Positions 51,605 to 61,360 of a stretch of 64,000 nt of DNA are shown here, in pieces (the first letter of the stretch is position 1; each line of letters starts with the position of its first letter). Position numbers and translations under genes: made by a program. This DNA is from Acidobacteriota bacterium (GTDB lineage Bacteria > Acidobacteriota > Terriglobia > Bryobacterales > Bryobacteraceae), in NCBI GenBank assembly GCA_017304135.1, contig JAFLBB010000007.1:7404-71403 (forward strand), in the 5' to 3' direction. The notes beneath the pieces are model-generated. The model made no database searches, was not told where the DNA came from, and worked only from the letters and a program-made list of their open reading frames with translations.

Positions 51605-52432
51605 TTACTGCCGTCGGGCCGGCAGGGCGGCGGCTATGCCGGTGGCGGCGGCGCTGCAAACTGGGTGGCCCCAGCCGCTCGCGCTGACGCCCGTGGAGTG
51701 CCCGGGTTCGGTCACGATGTCATGGACGATATTGTCCGGGCGGGCCGCGTCGCCGCTGACGCCGGCCGGGAGGTAGTCCAATTGCAATGCGTTGCGGACG
51801 CGCCAGGCGATGATGTGGTCGGCGCACGAGGTGTCGCCGGAAACCCCCAGCCCGCCGATCAGGTTGCGGCCAAAGGTGTACAGTCCCAGTCCGCCCCCGA
51901 AGATGTTGACGCCGCCAATGCGGCCGCCCACCATCGGATCATTCCCGTCGCCGTTCAGCTTCGGGTTCCCCCGGTAGGCGACCTCCGGGTCCACCGGGTT
52001 GCTGTGCTGCAGTCCGGCCAGCGAGCCGCCAGGCTGCACGGCGCTGTACAGATTGGCCGTGGATAGCGCCAGGGCATTCAAGCTAAACGCATTGGCAGTG
52101 TTCGCCTTCTGCGCGGCGATGACCCGGCTGCCGGGCCACTGGTCCGCACGCGTGGGGCCGGTGTAGGCAACCACGCACACCACGCCGTCGCGGTTCACAA
52201 TGGACGCCCACATGTGGTTGCCCAAGCCGCCGTTGGTCTGGCCGCTGTTCAACCCGCGCGCCGCGATCAGGGCATTGCGCAGTTCGAAATGGGTGGGCAG
52301 CCCCTTGCAGGCTTCGCGTGAATCGCGTCCGTTGTTGTCCGCGTCATCGGTTTGGCCCCAGACCGCTGGGGTGAAGGTGAACAGAGTCGCCGCCATGGCC
52401 AACGTGGCCACGGAGCGTGGAAGTCTGTGCAT
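51605..52432 (-). CDS. secreted GlcG/HbpS-like (DUF336) heme-binding family protein
   Basis: Signal peptide MHRLPRSVATLAMAATLFTFTPAVWGQ. …RIGGVNIFGGGLGLYTFGRNLIGGLGVSGDTSCADHIIA… matches the DUF336 'GG.pi…GaiGVSGg…D..cA' signature. Confidence 0.5.
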   Translation of the reverse strand: MHRLPRSVATLAMAATLFTFTPAVWGQTDDADNNGRDSREACKGLPTHFELRNALIAARGLNSGQTNGGLGNHMWASIVNRDGVVCVVAYTGPTRADQWPGSRVIAAQKANTANAFSLNALALSTANLYSAVQPGGSLAGLQHSNPVDPEVAYRGNPKLNGDGNDPMVGGRIGGVNIFGGGLGLYTFGRNLIGGLGVSGDTSCADHIIAWRVRNALQLDYLPAGVSGDAARPDNIVHDIVTEPGHSTGVSASGWGHPVCSAAATGIAAALPARRQ

Positions 52433-52636
52433 GGCTCGTGATCTCCTTTACATGCCTGGACGGGGCGAGTCCATTCTCACACGGAGGGATGAAAAGGGGA
52501 AGCAGGTGTTCCCCCGAGGTCCTCCAGATTCCGCTGGTGGGGATTGACGCTCAGGCGCGGAAGGAGTAAATTCCGCTGTTTGAAGGTGTTCGAAGGGGTG
52601 CATGACGACAGGGCCTGGGCGGAAGGCGAGTCGACT

Positions 52637-53314
52637 ATGGTTCTCGGTTTTGGCCGGGGCGCACTGCGCCTCACAGGCGTGATGTTCACGGCATGGTGCT
52701 GCTCAGCCATCGCGCTGCCTCAGGATGTGAGCGGAACATGGGAGGTGATCTTCAAGGGCAGCGTGAGGACAAAGTTGGTGCTCCACCAGCAGGGCTCGGC
52801 TGTCACCGGTGTGTTGACCACCACGGACAACTCGCGCGGCGAAGTAAAGGGCACGTTCGCGGGAGGCCGCCTGCGCCTGGAGCGCGATACGGGATTGAAG
52901 ACCGTCCAGCGCTATGAGGTTGACGTCGCGGGCGATGAATTCCGCGGCCACTTCCGCAATGTGGGCGCCTATCCCGACGACGGAACCTTCACCGGCCGGC
53001 GCGTCGCCAGCGGATCCCCCGGCAGCGCCCTCGTGGACGGAGTGTGGGTCGTCTATTTCAAAGAACGCGACAGGACGACTCTCACGCTCAAGCAAAACGG
53101 CGATACGGTGACAGGCACGCTCGTGACCACCGACCGCTCGCGGGGGGAGGTCCGCGGAACCGTGAAACGGAACGTGCTGACGCTCATGCGGGACACTGGG
53201 CTGGCCACCATCCAGCACTACCAGGTGACCATCGAGGGTGACCGGTTCACGGGACGCTTCCGCAACGAAGGCCGCTGGCCGGACGAAGGCAGCTTCACCG
53301 GGCGGCGGGAGTAA
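52637..53314 (+). CDS. secreted protein built from two tandem ~100-aa repeats
   Basis: ATG 52637 with GGAAGG Shine-Dalgarno and a signal peptide. Repeat 1 (SGTWEVIFKGSVRTKLVLHQQGSAVTGVLTTTDNSRGEVKGTF…FTGRR) and repeat 2 (DGVWVVYFKERDRTTLTLKQNGDTVTGTLVTTDRSRGEVRGTV…FTGRRE) are collinear. Confidence 0.5.
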   Translation: MVLGFGRGALRLTGVMFTAWCCSAIALPQDVSGTWEVIFKGSVRTKLVLHQQGSAVTGVLTTTDNSRGEVKGTFAGGRLRLERDTGLKTVQRYEVDVAGDEFRGHFRNVGAYPDDGTFTGRRVASGSPGSALVDGVWVVYFKERDRTTLTLKQNGDTVTGTLVTTDRSRGEVRGTVKRNVLTLMRDTGLATIQHYQVTIEGDRFTGRFRNEGRWPDEGSFTGRRE

Positions 53315-54830
53315 GCCCGTCGCGCAAGCGGCCGGCCTGCGACTGGATCCCGGCCCGCCTGTCGGGGCTTAGACGCACCAGGTTGTTGAGTTGCATTCCC
53401 ATGCGGGGGATGCGCCGGAGCTGTGCCTCGTTGCGCAGCAGGAAGTCCCAATAAAGCGTGGTGAACGGGCAGGCGCCGGGGCCGGTCGCCACGGCCGGGT
53501 CATAGCGGCAACCCTGGCAGTAGTTCGACATGCGCTCGATGTACTTACCCGTTGCGGCATAAGGTTTTGAGGCCATGATGCCGCCATCGGCAAACTGCGA
53601 CATGCCGAGCGTATTCGGCAACTCCACCCATTCCACGGCGTCGGCATAGACGGCCAGATACCACTCATGTACCTGCCGCGGCTCGACGCCCAGAAGCAGC
53701 GCGTAGAGCCCGGTCACCATCAGGCGCTGGATGTGGTGGGCGTAGCCGTGCGCAAGCGTCTGCCCGATGGCCTGGCGCAGGCAGTTCATCTCCGTGTCGG
53801 CGGTCCAGTAGAACGCGGGCAGGGGCTGATGGGCGTCGAGCGCGTTCAGTGTGCCGTGAGCCGGCATCTTCAGCCAGTAGATACCCCGGACATATTCGCG
53901 CCAACCGAGGATCTGACGAATGAACCCCTCCACCGCCGGCAGCGGGGCCGAGCCTTCGCGGTACGCCTGCTCGGCGGCGGCAATCACTTCGCGCGGGTTG
54001 AGCAGCTTCAGGTTCAAGGCAGCCGAGAGCCGCGAATGAAACAGGACCGGCTCTCCCAACCACATCGCGTCCTGGAAGTGTCCGAACAGCGGCAGGCGAT
54101 GGGTGATGAAATCCTCGAGCGCGGCCACGGCCTGGCTGCGGGTGACGGGCCAGTCAAACGTCTGGGTGGAGCCGGGGTTGTCGGGGAACCGCGCGTTCAC
54201 CAGTTCGAGTACCGCACGCGTGGTGGCATCCGGCGGGAACGAGGCGGGGCGGACGTGAAGCGGCGGACCTTGCGCCGGGAACGAGCCACGGTTGTCGGCG
54301 TCGAAATTCCAGGCCCCACCGGCGGGTTGGCCCTCCTCCATCAGCAAGGCGTAGCGCCGCCTGGCTTCGCGGTAGAAGAACTCCATGCGGAGTTGCTTGC
54401 GGCCACGGGCGTGAGCGGCAAACTCCTCGCGCGTGTAGAGGAAGTGGGTGTCGTCCAGATACTCGATCGTGGGGCACACCGCCCGCAACTCTTGCTCCAC
54501 ACGGTACTCGCCCGGCTCGACGCAGAGGACGCGGCGCGGGGCGTGCCGGGCGATGGCACGCCCTAGCGCCTCAGCCAGCGAACCTGGATTCCCCGGCTCA
54601 TCCAAGACGTGGTATTCGACCAGGTAGCCGCGCGCCACAAGCTCGTCGCGAAAATGGCGCATGGCCGAGAGGAATAGCGCGGTGCGGACCTTGTGCGAAG
54701 GCACGTGCGTGGACTCAGCCGCCACTTCAGCCATCAGGATGCGGTCGCATGTGGCGTCGAATGCGGTAAGCGCCGGGGAGTTTGCGTCCAACTGATCGCC
54801 CAGAATCAGCACAAGGTTGCGAAGGCTCAT
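53295..54830 (-). CDS. cryptochrome/photolyase-family protein of the FeS-BCP (PhrB-like, COG3046) type
   Basis: N-terminal MSLRNLVLILGDQL. Four Cys arranged C…(~88 aa)…CQGC-x12-C, as in the [4Fe-4S] ligands of bacterial (6-4) photolyase PhrB/CryB. Confidence 0.7.
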   Translation of the reverse strand: MSLRNLVLILGDQLDANSPALTAFDATCDRILMAEVAAESTHVPSHKVRTALFLSAMRHFRDELVARGYLVEYHVLDEPGNPGSLAEALGRAIARHAPRRVLCVEPGEYRVEQELRAVCPTIEYLDDTHFLYTREEFAAHARGRKQLRMEFFYREARRRYALLMEEGQPAGGAWNFDADNRGSFPAQGPPLHVRPASFPPDATTRAVLELVNARFPDNPGSTQTFDWPVTRSQAVAALEDFITHRLPLFGHFQDAMWLGEPVLFHSRLSAALNLKLLNPREVIAAAEQAYREGSAPLPAVEGFIRQILGWREYVRGIYWLKMPAHGTLNALDAHQPLPAFYWTADTEMNCLRQAIGQTLAHGYAHHIQRLMVTGLYALLLGVEPRQVHEWYLAVYADAVEWVELPNTLGMSQFADGGIMASKPYAATGKYIERMSNYCQGCRYDPAVATGPGACPFTTLYWDFLLRNEAQLRRIPRMGMQLNNLVRLSPDRRAGIQSQAGRLRDGLTPAAR

Positions 54831-54916
54831 TAGTTGAAGATGCCGGCAGGGACTTCGAGGTCGTTCTTTCTCCGTTGTGAAGTAAGATGGAAAACAACCT
54901 TCAGGACGGAGGACTC

Positions 54917-55636
54917 ATGCGGTTGACTTATGGATTCACTCGATTGCTGCCCCTACTCGGGCTTCTTTTAGCACTGGGCGGAGAAGCCCGCGCTGCGCTC
55001 CTGAGCGAAGCGGTGTTTGCCTACTCGGGAGGAGCCACCGGCGGGACCTACCTGGTCATCAACACCTCGCTCGGCGAGACCATCCTCCCCTCGGTGGCAC
55101 GGGGATGGTACGACGAGACCGGCGCGGATAACGGAGCCACCGCAACGAACAACTACATTGCCGGACTGTGCGGCTCCGCCGATGGTTGCGATTCAGTCGA
55201 TCTGAGATTTCGGAACTGGTTCATGTTCAGCCCGACCGAACTGCCGCCCACCATCCTCGGCGCGACCCTCTATCTGGAGGTTCCGGCGGTGAATGGTTTT
55301 GCCAGCCCCCAGGGCGTGGAATCCTACACGCTCTACTCGGTGGAGTACGGACCGCCGGCGATCACGAATGGCGCCGGCCTGCCCGGCTACTATGACCTCG
55401 GCGACGGAACGGTGTACGGCGCGCGTGACTACACACCGGCCGATAGGGGGACGACGCCAGGCATCGTCCTCAACTCGGCCGCCGTGGACGCGCTCAAAGT
55501 GCTGGCCCTGCAGGGCGGCAACTTCATCCTCGGAGGCGCCGTCACAAGCCTCGACGAAACCGCGGTGCCGGAACCGGGCACGGGGGGCCTCCTCGCAGCC
55601 GGGTGTGCCCTGTTCGTCCTGCTGCGCAAACGGTAG
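54917..55636 (+). CDS. PEP-CTERM sorting-domain secreted protein
   Basis: Signal peptide MRLTYGFTRLLPLLGLLLALGGEARA. C-terminal VPEPGTGGLLAAGCALFVLLRKR. Confidence 0.7.
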   Translation: MRLTYGFTRLLPLLGLLLALGGEARAALLSEAVFAYSGGATGGTYLVINTSLGETILPSVARGWYDETGADNGATATNNYIAGLCGSADGCDSVDLRFRNWFMFSPTELPPTILGATLYLEVPAVNGFASPQGVESYTLYSVEYGPPAITNGAGLPGYYDLGDGTVYGARDYTPADRGTTPGIVLNSAAVDALKVLALQGGNFILGGAVTSLDETAVPEPGTGGLLAAGCALFVLLRKR

Positions 55637-55711
55637 GCGAAGCGGAGCCAACGGCGTGCGCTCCTCGCCTGGCTCAGCGCTACAATCGCAAGCGAAGGCG
55701 AGGAATTCACA

Positions 55712-57313
55712 ATGCGATGGTTGGCTGTGCCGGCGATGTTGGCGGCCCTTGTGTCGGTGGCGAGCGCGGCGGACCTTGAGCAATCCGCCGCCCAGCATGA
55801 ACGGGCCCTGGCGGCGTCGCACCGGTTGATGCAAGCCTGGCTGCGCCATGCCGATGCCAAAACCCTCCTGCTGCCTGACCGCACTGGCGACCCCAAGCGC
55901 ACCTACACGCCGCACAACTCCGGGGCCGACCTCTATCCTTACCTGATCCTCACCGCGCGCCTGACCGCGCCGGAGCTCTACGCCGGGCGCATGCGCGACA
56001 TGCTCCGCAACGAGATCCGCTACACCAACGCGCTGAAGGGCGTTCCCGGCAATCTCGAACTCGCCGGCGGAACACTCGGCCCGCCCAGCCTGTTCGGTGC
56101 GGGCGAATACGCCAAGGACGGCTTGATCACCGTCACCGAATATCTCGGCCGCACACCCTGGACCAGCCGGCTCATCGACATGGTGGCCGCGGCCATGGAG
56201 CAGGCCCCCGTGGATTCGCGATTTGGCAAACTCCCGGCGGCCGACAGCGAGTTGAATGGTGACTACCTCCAGGTGTTGCCGCGGCTCTATCTGCTCACGG
56301 GCGACGCGCGCTACCTCGCCTGGGGACGGCGTATCGCCGATGCCTACATCGAGGAGGTGCTGCCCGGCAACTTCGGACTGCCGAGCATGAAATGGGACTA
56401 CGCGGCCCATAGCGGCGACCGCCGCCTGAAACTGCGCGACCACGGCAACGAGGTGATCGTCGGGCTGGTCACGCAATTCGCGCTGGAGCACCAGTTAGGT
56501 TCCGAGCGCGTGGCGAAGATGCGCCCCGTGCTGGCGCGCATGCTCGACCGCGTGCTCGCCTCGGCCAACGCCGACGGTATGCTCTACAACACGATCGATA
56601 CCGAGACGCTGAAGCCTGTGGATGATCGCTTGAGCGACAACTGGGGCTATCTGTACGGAGCGATGTACACGTTCTACCAGGTAACGGGCGAGACGAAGTA
56701 CCGCGATGCAGTGCGCCGCGTGTTGCGCAACCTGCCCAAGTACGCCAACTGGTGCTGGGAGCCGTCGCGCAATGCTCTCGTCAATGCGCGCAAAGATGAG
56801 AAGCTGGGCTCCTTCGATGGCTATGCCGATGCGATCGAAAGCGCGCTCTACCTGGTGAATCGCGAGCCGGTGCCGGAAGCGCTGGCCTGGATCGATTCCG
56901 AGATGGAGGTGATGCTCTCCATGCAGCGCGCCGACGGGCACATTGAGGATTGGTACGGCGAAGGCAATTTCAACCGGACGGCCTTGCTGTGGGCTCTCAT
57001 GAAGTCGCAGGGAGTGCGCGCCGCGCCCTGGCGGCCGGGGCTAAAGCTAGGAGCCCTACGCGAGGGAACGGGGCTGCGTCTGTGGCTCAGCGCGCCGGCA
57101 AAAGTGGAGTTCGACTGCGCCCGGCACGAGCGCGTGCACAACTGGGGGAAGAACTATGTGCGGCTGAACGAATTTCCCGAGTGGTTCACGGTTGATGAAA
57201 ACGCGCTGTACGAAGTGAACGGGCCGCGGGCAGCAGCCCGGGTCGTGGCGGGCTTTGAACTTGTCGAAGGGGTCGGGCTGGAAGCGGGCATCACCACTGT
57301 AACTCCCCGCTAA
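55712..57313 (+). CDS. hypothetical secreted protein, possibly an (α/α)6 six-hairpin glycosidase-like fold
   Basis: Signal peptide MRWLAVPAMLAALVSVASAA. Helical-repeat character (…LLTGDARYLAWGRRIADAYI…). No confident family call. Confidence 0.4.
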   Translation: MRWLAVPAMLAALVSVASAADLEQSAAQHERALAASHRLMQAWLRHADAKTLLLPDRTGDPKRTYTPHNSGADLYPYLILTARLTAPELYAGRMRDMLRNEIRYTNALKGVPGNLELAGGTLGPPSLFGAGEYAKDGLITVTEYLGRTPWTSRLIDMVAAAMEQAPVDSRFGKLPAADSELNGDYLQVLPRLYLLTGDARYLAWGRRIADAYIEEVLPGNFGLPSMKWDYAAHSGDRRLKLRDHGNEVIVGLVTQFALEHQLGSERVAKMRPVLARMLDRVLASANADGMLYNTIDTETLKPVDDRLSDNWGYLYGAMYTFYQVTGETKYRDAVRRVLRNLPKYANWCWEPSRNALVNARKDEKLGSFDGYADAIESALYLVNREPVPEALAWIDSEMEVMLSMQRADGHIEDWYGEGNFNRTALLWALMKSQGVRAAPWRPGLKLGALREGTGLRLWLSAPAKVEFDCARHERVHNWGKNYVRLNEFPEWFTVDENALYEVNGPRAAARVVAGFELVEGVGLEAGITTVTPR

Positions 57314-59502
57314 AGCCGCTCGATGGTCACCTCGGCGTTGTAATCTGGCTCGCCGGAGTGCGGATCGTAATGGCGGGCAATCAGGTGGTTCACCTCGGGC
57401 CAGTGCGCCTGGACACAGCCCTCGGCCAGCGGACCAGTGCGCAGCCTCGCGCGGTATTCGCCATGCGGGGAGCGCAGCAGGACGCGATCGCCGGCGCGCA
57501 AACCGAATGTGGCGGCATCACCCGGCGCCACGATCACCTCGTCGCGGTCGAGCCCCGTGAGCGGGTCATGGTCGTTCCAGAGGATGGAGTTAAACTGCGC
57601 GCCGCGACGCGTCACCAGCAACAGCTTCGCCCGCAGTTGCGGCGGAGCAGTCACGGAAAAGCGGGCTTTTCGATCCTCGAATGCCGGGCAGATGGCGTTC
57701 TCCAGCAGCCGCACGCCACCGTACTGGATGGCGTCGCCTTCAGCCTTCAGTTGCACGATGCCGCGGTAGAGAGGAATGCTGCGGTCCATGTCGGCGCGGA
57801 TGGCGTCCCCAGTTTGAAAGTTGATCGACTCGCGCGCCGGGCCATCGAGCAAGCGCAGCCCGAGGTCACGGAGAATGACCCACTCCGAGCGCGCTTCGCC
57901 CACCGTGTCGCCTTCCTTGCGGCGGCCAATAAAGGGCGTGTAGCGGATGCGGCGCTCAGTGCCGGTTTGCGTGCCGCCGCCCTCCTGCTCATAGCGCGTG
58001 CGCGCGGGCAACAGAACCACAGCCTCTTCGCCGGGGTCCGACAGCATCGAGGTGTTGAAGACGATGTCCTGGTGCACACGCAGCGGAAGGCGGCGCAGCG
58101 AATGGTCCATGCGCTCCGGCTCGGGCATCGTCTCGATAAAGTTCCCGCCGATGATGTAGAGCGCGTCGAGTTCGCCGTTGTAAGCGGCTTCCAGCATGTG
58201 GCCGCAGGAGTGGCCGCGCCAGGTGGGCAGCGGCGCGCCCCAGAGTTGAGAGTAGTACCCGGCGTTGCCGTCGTGAACGAAATCGGGCACTGCGCCCACC
58301 TCGGCTCCGCCCTGCACCCCGGAATGGCCGCGTATGGGCACCAGCCCGCAGCCTTCGCGGCCGAGCATGCCGCGAGACAACGCGAGGTTGATGAGCGCGC
58401 GCACGTTGTCCACACCGTTGGGGTGCTGCGTCAGTCCCATTGACCAGATGAAGATGGCGCGCTGCGAGGCGGCGTAGAGCAAGGCGAAGCGTTCCATCTC
58501 TGAGCGCGGCAACCCGGCCAGCGCTTCGAGGTCGGGAAAGCGCTCGCGGTCGAGTTCGGCTTTTAGCTCCGGCCAGCCGTTTGTGCGCGACTCGATGAAG
58601 GCGCGATCGATGGCATTTCGTTCGTCGAGCACCTTCATCACGCCGTTGAAGAACGCCACGTCGCCGCCAGGCCGCACGGGAAAGAAGTCATCCAGAAAGC
58701 GCGTGCCGAAGATCGCCGACTTCGTGATCGAGGGGATCCAATAGCGCTCCAGGCCGGGCTCGCGGTATGGGTTCACCACGGCAATCCGCGCGCCATTGCG
58801 CTTGGCGTGGTAGAGGTACTTCATCGAGACCGGTTGGTTATTGGCGAGATTCGTGCCGGCAAGCACAAGGAGGTTCGTCTTCAACCAATCGGAGTAGCTC
58901 ACCGTGGACGCCGCTACGCCGAGTGTGGACTTCAGCGCCACCGAGGACGCGGCGTGGCAGAGCCGCGCGGCGTTGTCGATATGGTTCGTCCCATAGAGTC
59001 GCGCCAGCTTCTGGGCGACATAGTAAGTTTCGTTGGTGAGCCCGCGCGAGGTGAGGAAGAAGGCGGCCCGCTCTGGCGCAGTGCGCCGCAGGCGGGCGGT
59101 GATGAGATCGAGCGCATCATCCCAGGAGAGCCGCGAGAAGCCGCGTTCGCCGGGGCGGCGAATCAGCGGATGGGCCAGACGCCCCAATTGGCGCAAAGCC
59201 TTATTGTCGAGCGTGCGCAACCGGGCCACGTCTGAGAAGGCGCCTTCAGGCGCGGCCGGCATTGTGTTCATGCGGAGCAGGCGAAGGCGCGTCAGACAGA
59301 GATGCAGTCCGGGAACGGTGTCGTCCTTGAGCCCGCGCGGCGTCAGCGAGCAGCCATCGCAAACGCCGTGGCGCAGCACGCGCCAGGCGTAGCCGAGGTG
59401 ATCGCGATTCTCCCAGATGAGCCGGAGCGTCTCCAACTGGTGTTGCGGTTTCTGATGACCGAGGCCAAACGGAGCCCAGCCGGCAATACGCATGCGGTCC
59501 AT
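57310..59502 (-). CDS. FdhF/YdeP-family molybdopterin oxidoreductase
   Basis: 730 aa. N-terminal Cys cluster (HGVCDGCSLTPRGLKDDTVPGLHLC). Molybdopterin-oxidoreductase-like body and C-terminal molybdopterin dinucleotide-binding-like region. Overlaps the upstream gene end by 4 nt. Confidence 0.65.
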   Translation of the reverse strand: MDRMRIAGWAPFGLGHQKPQHQLETLRLIWENRDHLGYAWRVLRHGVCDGCSLTPRGLKDDTVPGLHLCLTRLRLLRMNTMPAAPEGAFSDVARLRTLDNKALRQLGRLAHPLIRRPGERGFSRLSWDDALDLITARLRRTAPERAAFFLTSRGLTNETYYVAQKLARLYGTNHIDNAARLCHAASSVALKSTLGVAASTVSYSDWLKTNLLVLAGTNLANNQPVSMKYLYHAKRNGARIAVVNPYREPGLERYWIPSITKSAIFGTRFLDDFFPVRPGGDVAFFNGVMKVLDERNAIDRAFIESRTNGWPELKAELDRERFPDLEALAGLPRSEMERFALLYAASQRAIFIWSMGLTQHPNGVDNVRALINLALSRGMLGREGCGLVPIRGHSGVQGGAEVGAVPDFVHDGNAGYYSQLWGAPLPTWRGHSCGHMLEAAYNGELDALYIIGGNFIETMPEPERMDHSLRRLPLRVHQDIVFNTSMLSDPGEEAVVLLPARTRYEQEGGGTQTGTERRIRYTPFIGRRKEGDTVGEARSEWVILRDLGLRLLDGPARESINFQTGDAIRADMDRSIPLYRGIVQLKAEGDAIQYGGVRLLENAICPAFEDRKARFSVTAPPQLRAKLLLVTRRGAQFNSILWNDHDPLTGLDRDEVIVAPGDAATFGLRAGDRVLLRSPHGEYRARLRTGPLAEGCVQAHWPEVNHLIARHYDPHSGEPDYNAEVTIERL

Positions 59503-59575
59503 GATACACGGGGCAGCGCGTATCGCCGCGCACCGAATTCGGCTAGAGTGGAGCAGGATTCCAGGAGGATCGATA

Positions 59576-60693
59576 TGCGTTTTCTCATCGCCGCGGTTGT
59601 GTTCACGGCAACGGTGTGGGCACAGGCGCCCGCGCCCGTGCCGGCTATCGTTTCACCGGAGGTGCATGCCGATGGCCGTGTCACGTTCCGGCTGCGCGCC
59701 CCCAAGGCCGCTGAAGTGACCGTGCGCGGCGAGTGGATGACGCAGGCCGAGAAGTTAACCAAGGACGAAGCCGGCGTGTGGAGCACGACCGTGGGTCCGG
59801 TGCCCGCAGACATCTACTCCTACACGTTTTCCGTCGACGGCATGACCGTGCTCGACGCCGTGAACAACCGCATCAAGTCCAGTTCGCGCGGCGCGGGCGT
59901 GAGCGTCGTCGAAATTCCCGGCGGCAGGCTGCACGAGGTTCGCGACGTGCCGCATGGAAGCGTGCAGGCGCACTGGTATCAATCGCCTCGGATCGGTGCG
60001 ACGCGGCGCGTCATGGTCTACACGCCGCCAGGCTATGAGAACGGCAAGGAGCGCTACCCCGCTCTCTATCTACTGCACGGCAACGGCGACACCGAGGGCG
60101 AGTGGTCGGCATTCGGCAGGGCCAATTTCATCCTCGACAACCTGATCGCCGAAGGCAAGGTGAAGCCGATGCTCGTGGTGATGCCCTACGGCCACACTGT
60201 GCCCCCCAATGACCTCTCCACGGGCAGCCGCGGCCGCAACACGCAGCTCATGGAAGAGGATGTGACAAAGAACATCATTTCGCTGATCGACAAGCGCTAC
60301 CGCGTCGCGCCCGGTGCGCGCAACCGGGCCATCGCCGGACTCTCCATGGGCGGCGGGCAGTCCATCAACATCGGCCTTCACAATCTCGAACTCTTCAACT
60401 GGGTGGCCGTGTTCAGCGCGGGCGTGGGCGGCGGAGGCGGCGCGGCGGACCGGCAGGCATTCGAGCAGCGCATGTCAGCCGTGCTTGCCGACAAGGAAGG
60501 GACCAATAAGAAGTTGAAGCTCCTCTGGATCGCCTGCGGCAAGGACGACCGCGCCATGGCCGGAGCCGAGCAACTGGCCGAACTCCTGGAGAAAAACGGC
60601 ATCCGCCACACCCTTCGCAAAACCGAAGGGGCGCACACCTGGCGCGTATGGCGGAGCTACCTGGCCGAACTCACGCCGCAGTTGTTCCGCTAA
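59576..60693 (+). CDS. secreted esterase (PF00756-type 'putative esterase') with N-terminal Ig-like/CBM48-like domain
   Basis: ATG 59576 with AGGAGGA Shine-Dalgarno and a signal peptide. N-terminal β-sandwich (VTFRLRAPKAAEVTVRGEWM…WSTTV). Esterase core YPALYLLHGNGDTEGEW … GLSMGGGQS … H. Confidence 0.75.
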
Positions 60694-60697
60694 GCCG

Positions 60698-61360
60698 CTA
60701 TTCAAACTGCTTGCGGAACTCGGCAAACTCCGACCGCAGACCGGCCATCTCCGACTTCAGAGCCTCCACCTCCGATTCGAGGTGAGCCAACCGGTCCTCC
60801 CGAGGCGTGGCAGCGGGCCCATCGGCATGTTCGTGCGCGTGCGCGGGAGGCAGCGCGGCCTCGCCAAACAGCAGGTGCGTATAGCGGGTCTCGCGCATGC
60901 CGGGTTGCCGCGGCAGTTCCACCGCCATCGCCCCGCCTTCATGCTCAGCGAGCTTGTGTACCGCGTTCAGCACGGCGTCATGGTCATCGAAGCTGTACAT
61001 GCGCTCCGTGCGGACCTTCAGTTCGTTCAGTGTATTCGGCCCGCGCAGCAGCATCGGCGTGAGCACGGCAATCTCGCGGCGGCCGAGGTTGAGCGTCTCA
61101 AACACGCGGTGGCCGTACTTCGGCACGCGGTGCTCTCCCCCGCTGAGCACGCTTGCCAGGTGCTTGTGCCGCAACCGCTCAATGGCGTCGAGCACCGTCT
61201 CCTCGTCGTAATTCGTCATCGGGTCGCGGTTCGACTTCTGGTTGCAGGCGTTAACAAGAGCGTTCAGCGAAAGCGGATAATAGTCGGGGGTGGTGAGGTC
61301 CTTCTCCATCATGCTGCCGAGGACACGGGCTTCAATCTCGTCGAGGATCACACTTGCCAT
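60698..61360 (-). CDS. YceH/DUF480 (UPF0502) family protein
   Basis: LDEIEARVLGSMMEKDLTTPDYYPLSLNALVNACNQKSNRDP… is the hallmark N-terminus of DUF480 proteins, with a C-terminal coiled coil. Confidence 0.75.
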   Translation of the reverse strand: MASVILDEIEARVLGSMMEKDLTTPDYYPLSLNALVNACNQKSNRDPMTNYDEETVLDAIERLRHKHLASVLSGGEHRVPKYGHRVFETLNLGRREIAVLTPMLLRGPNTLNELKVRTERMYSFDDHDAVLNAVHKLAEHEGGAMAVELPRQPGMRETRYTHLLFGEAALPPAHAHEHADGPAATPREDRLAHLESEVEALKSEMAGLRSEFAEFRKQFE

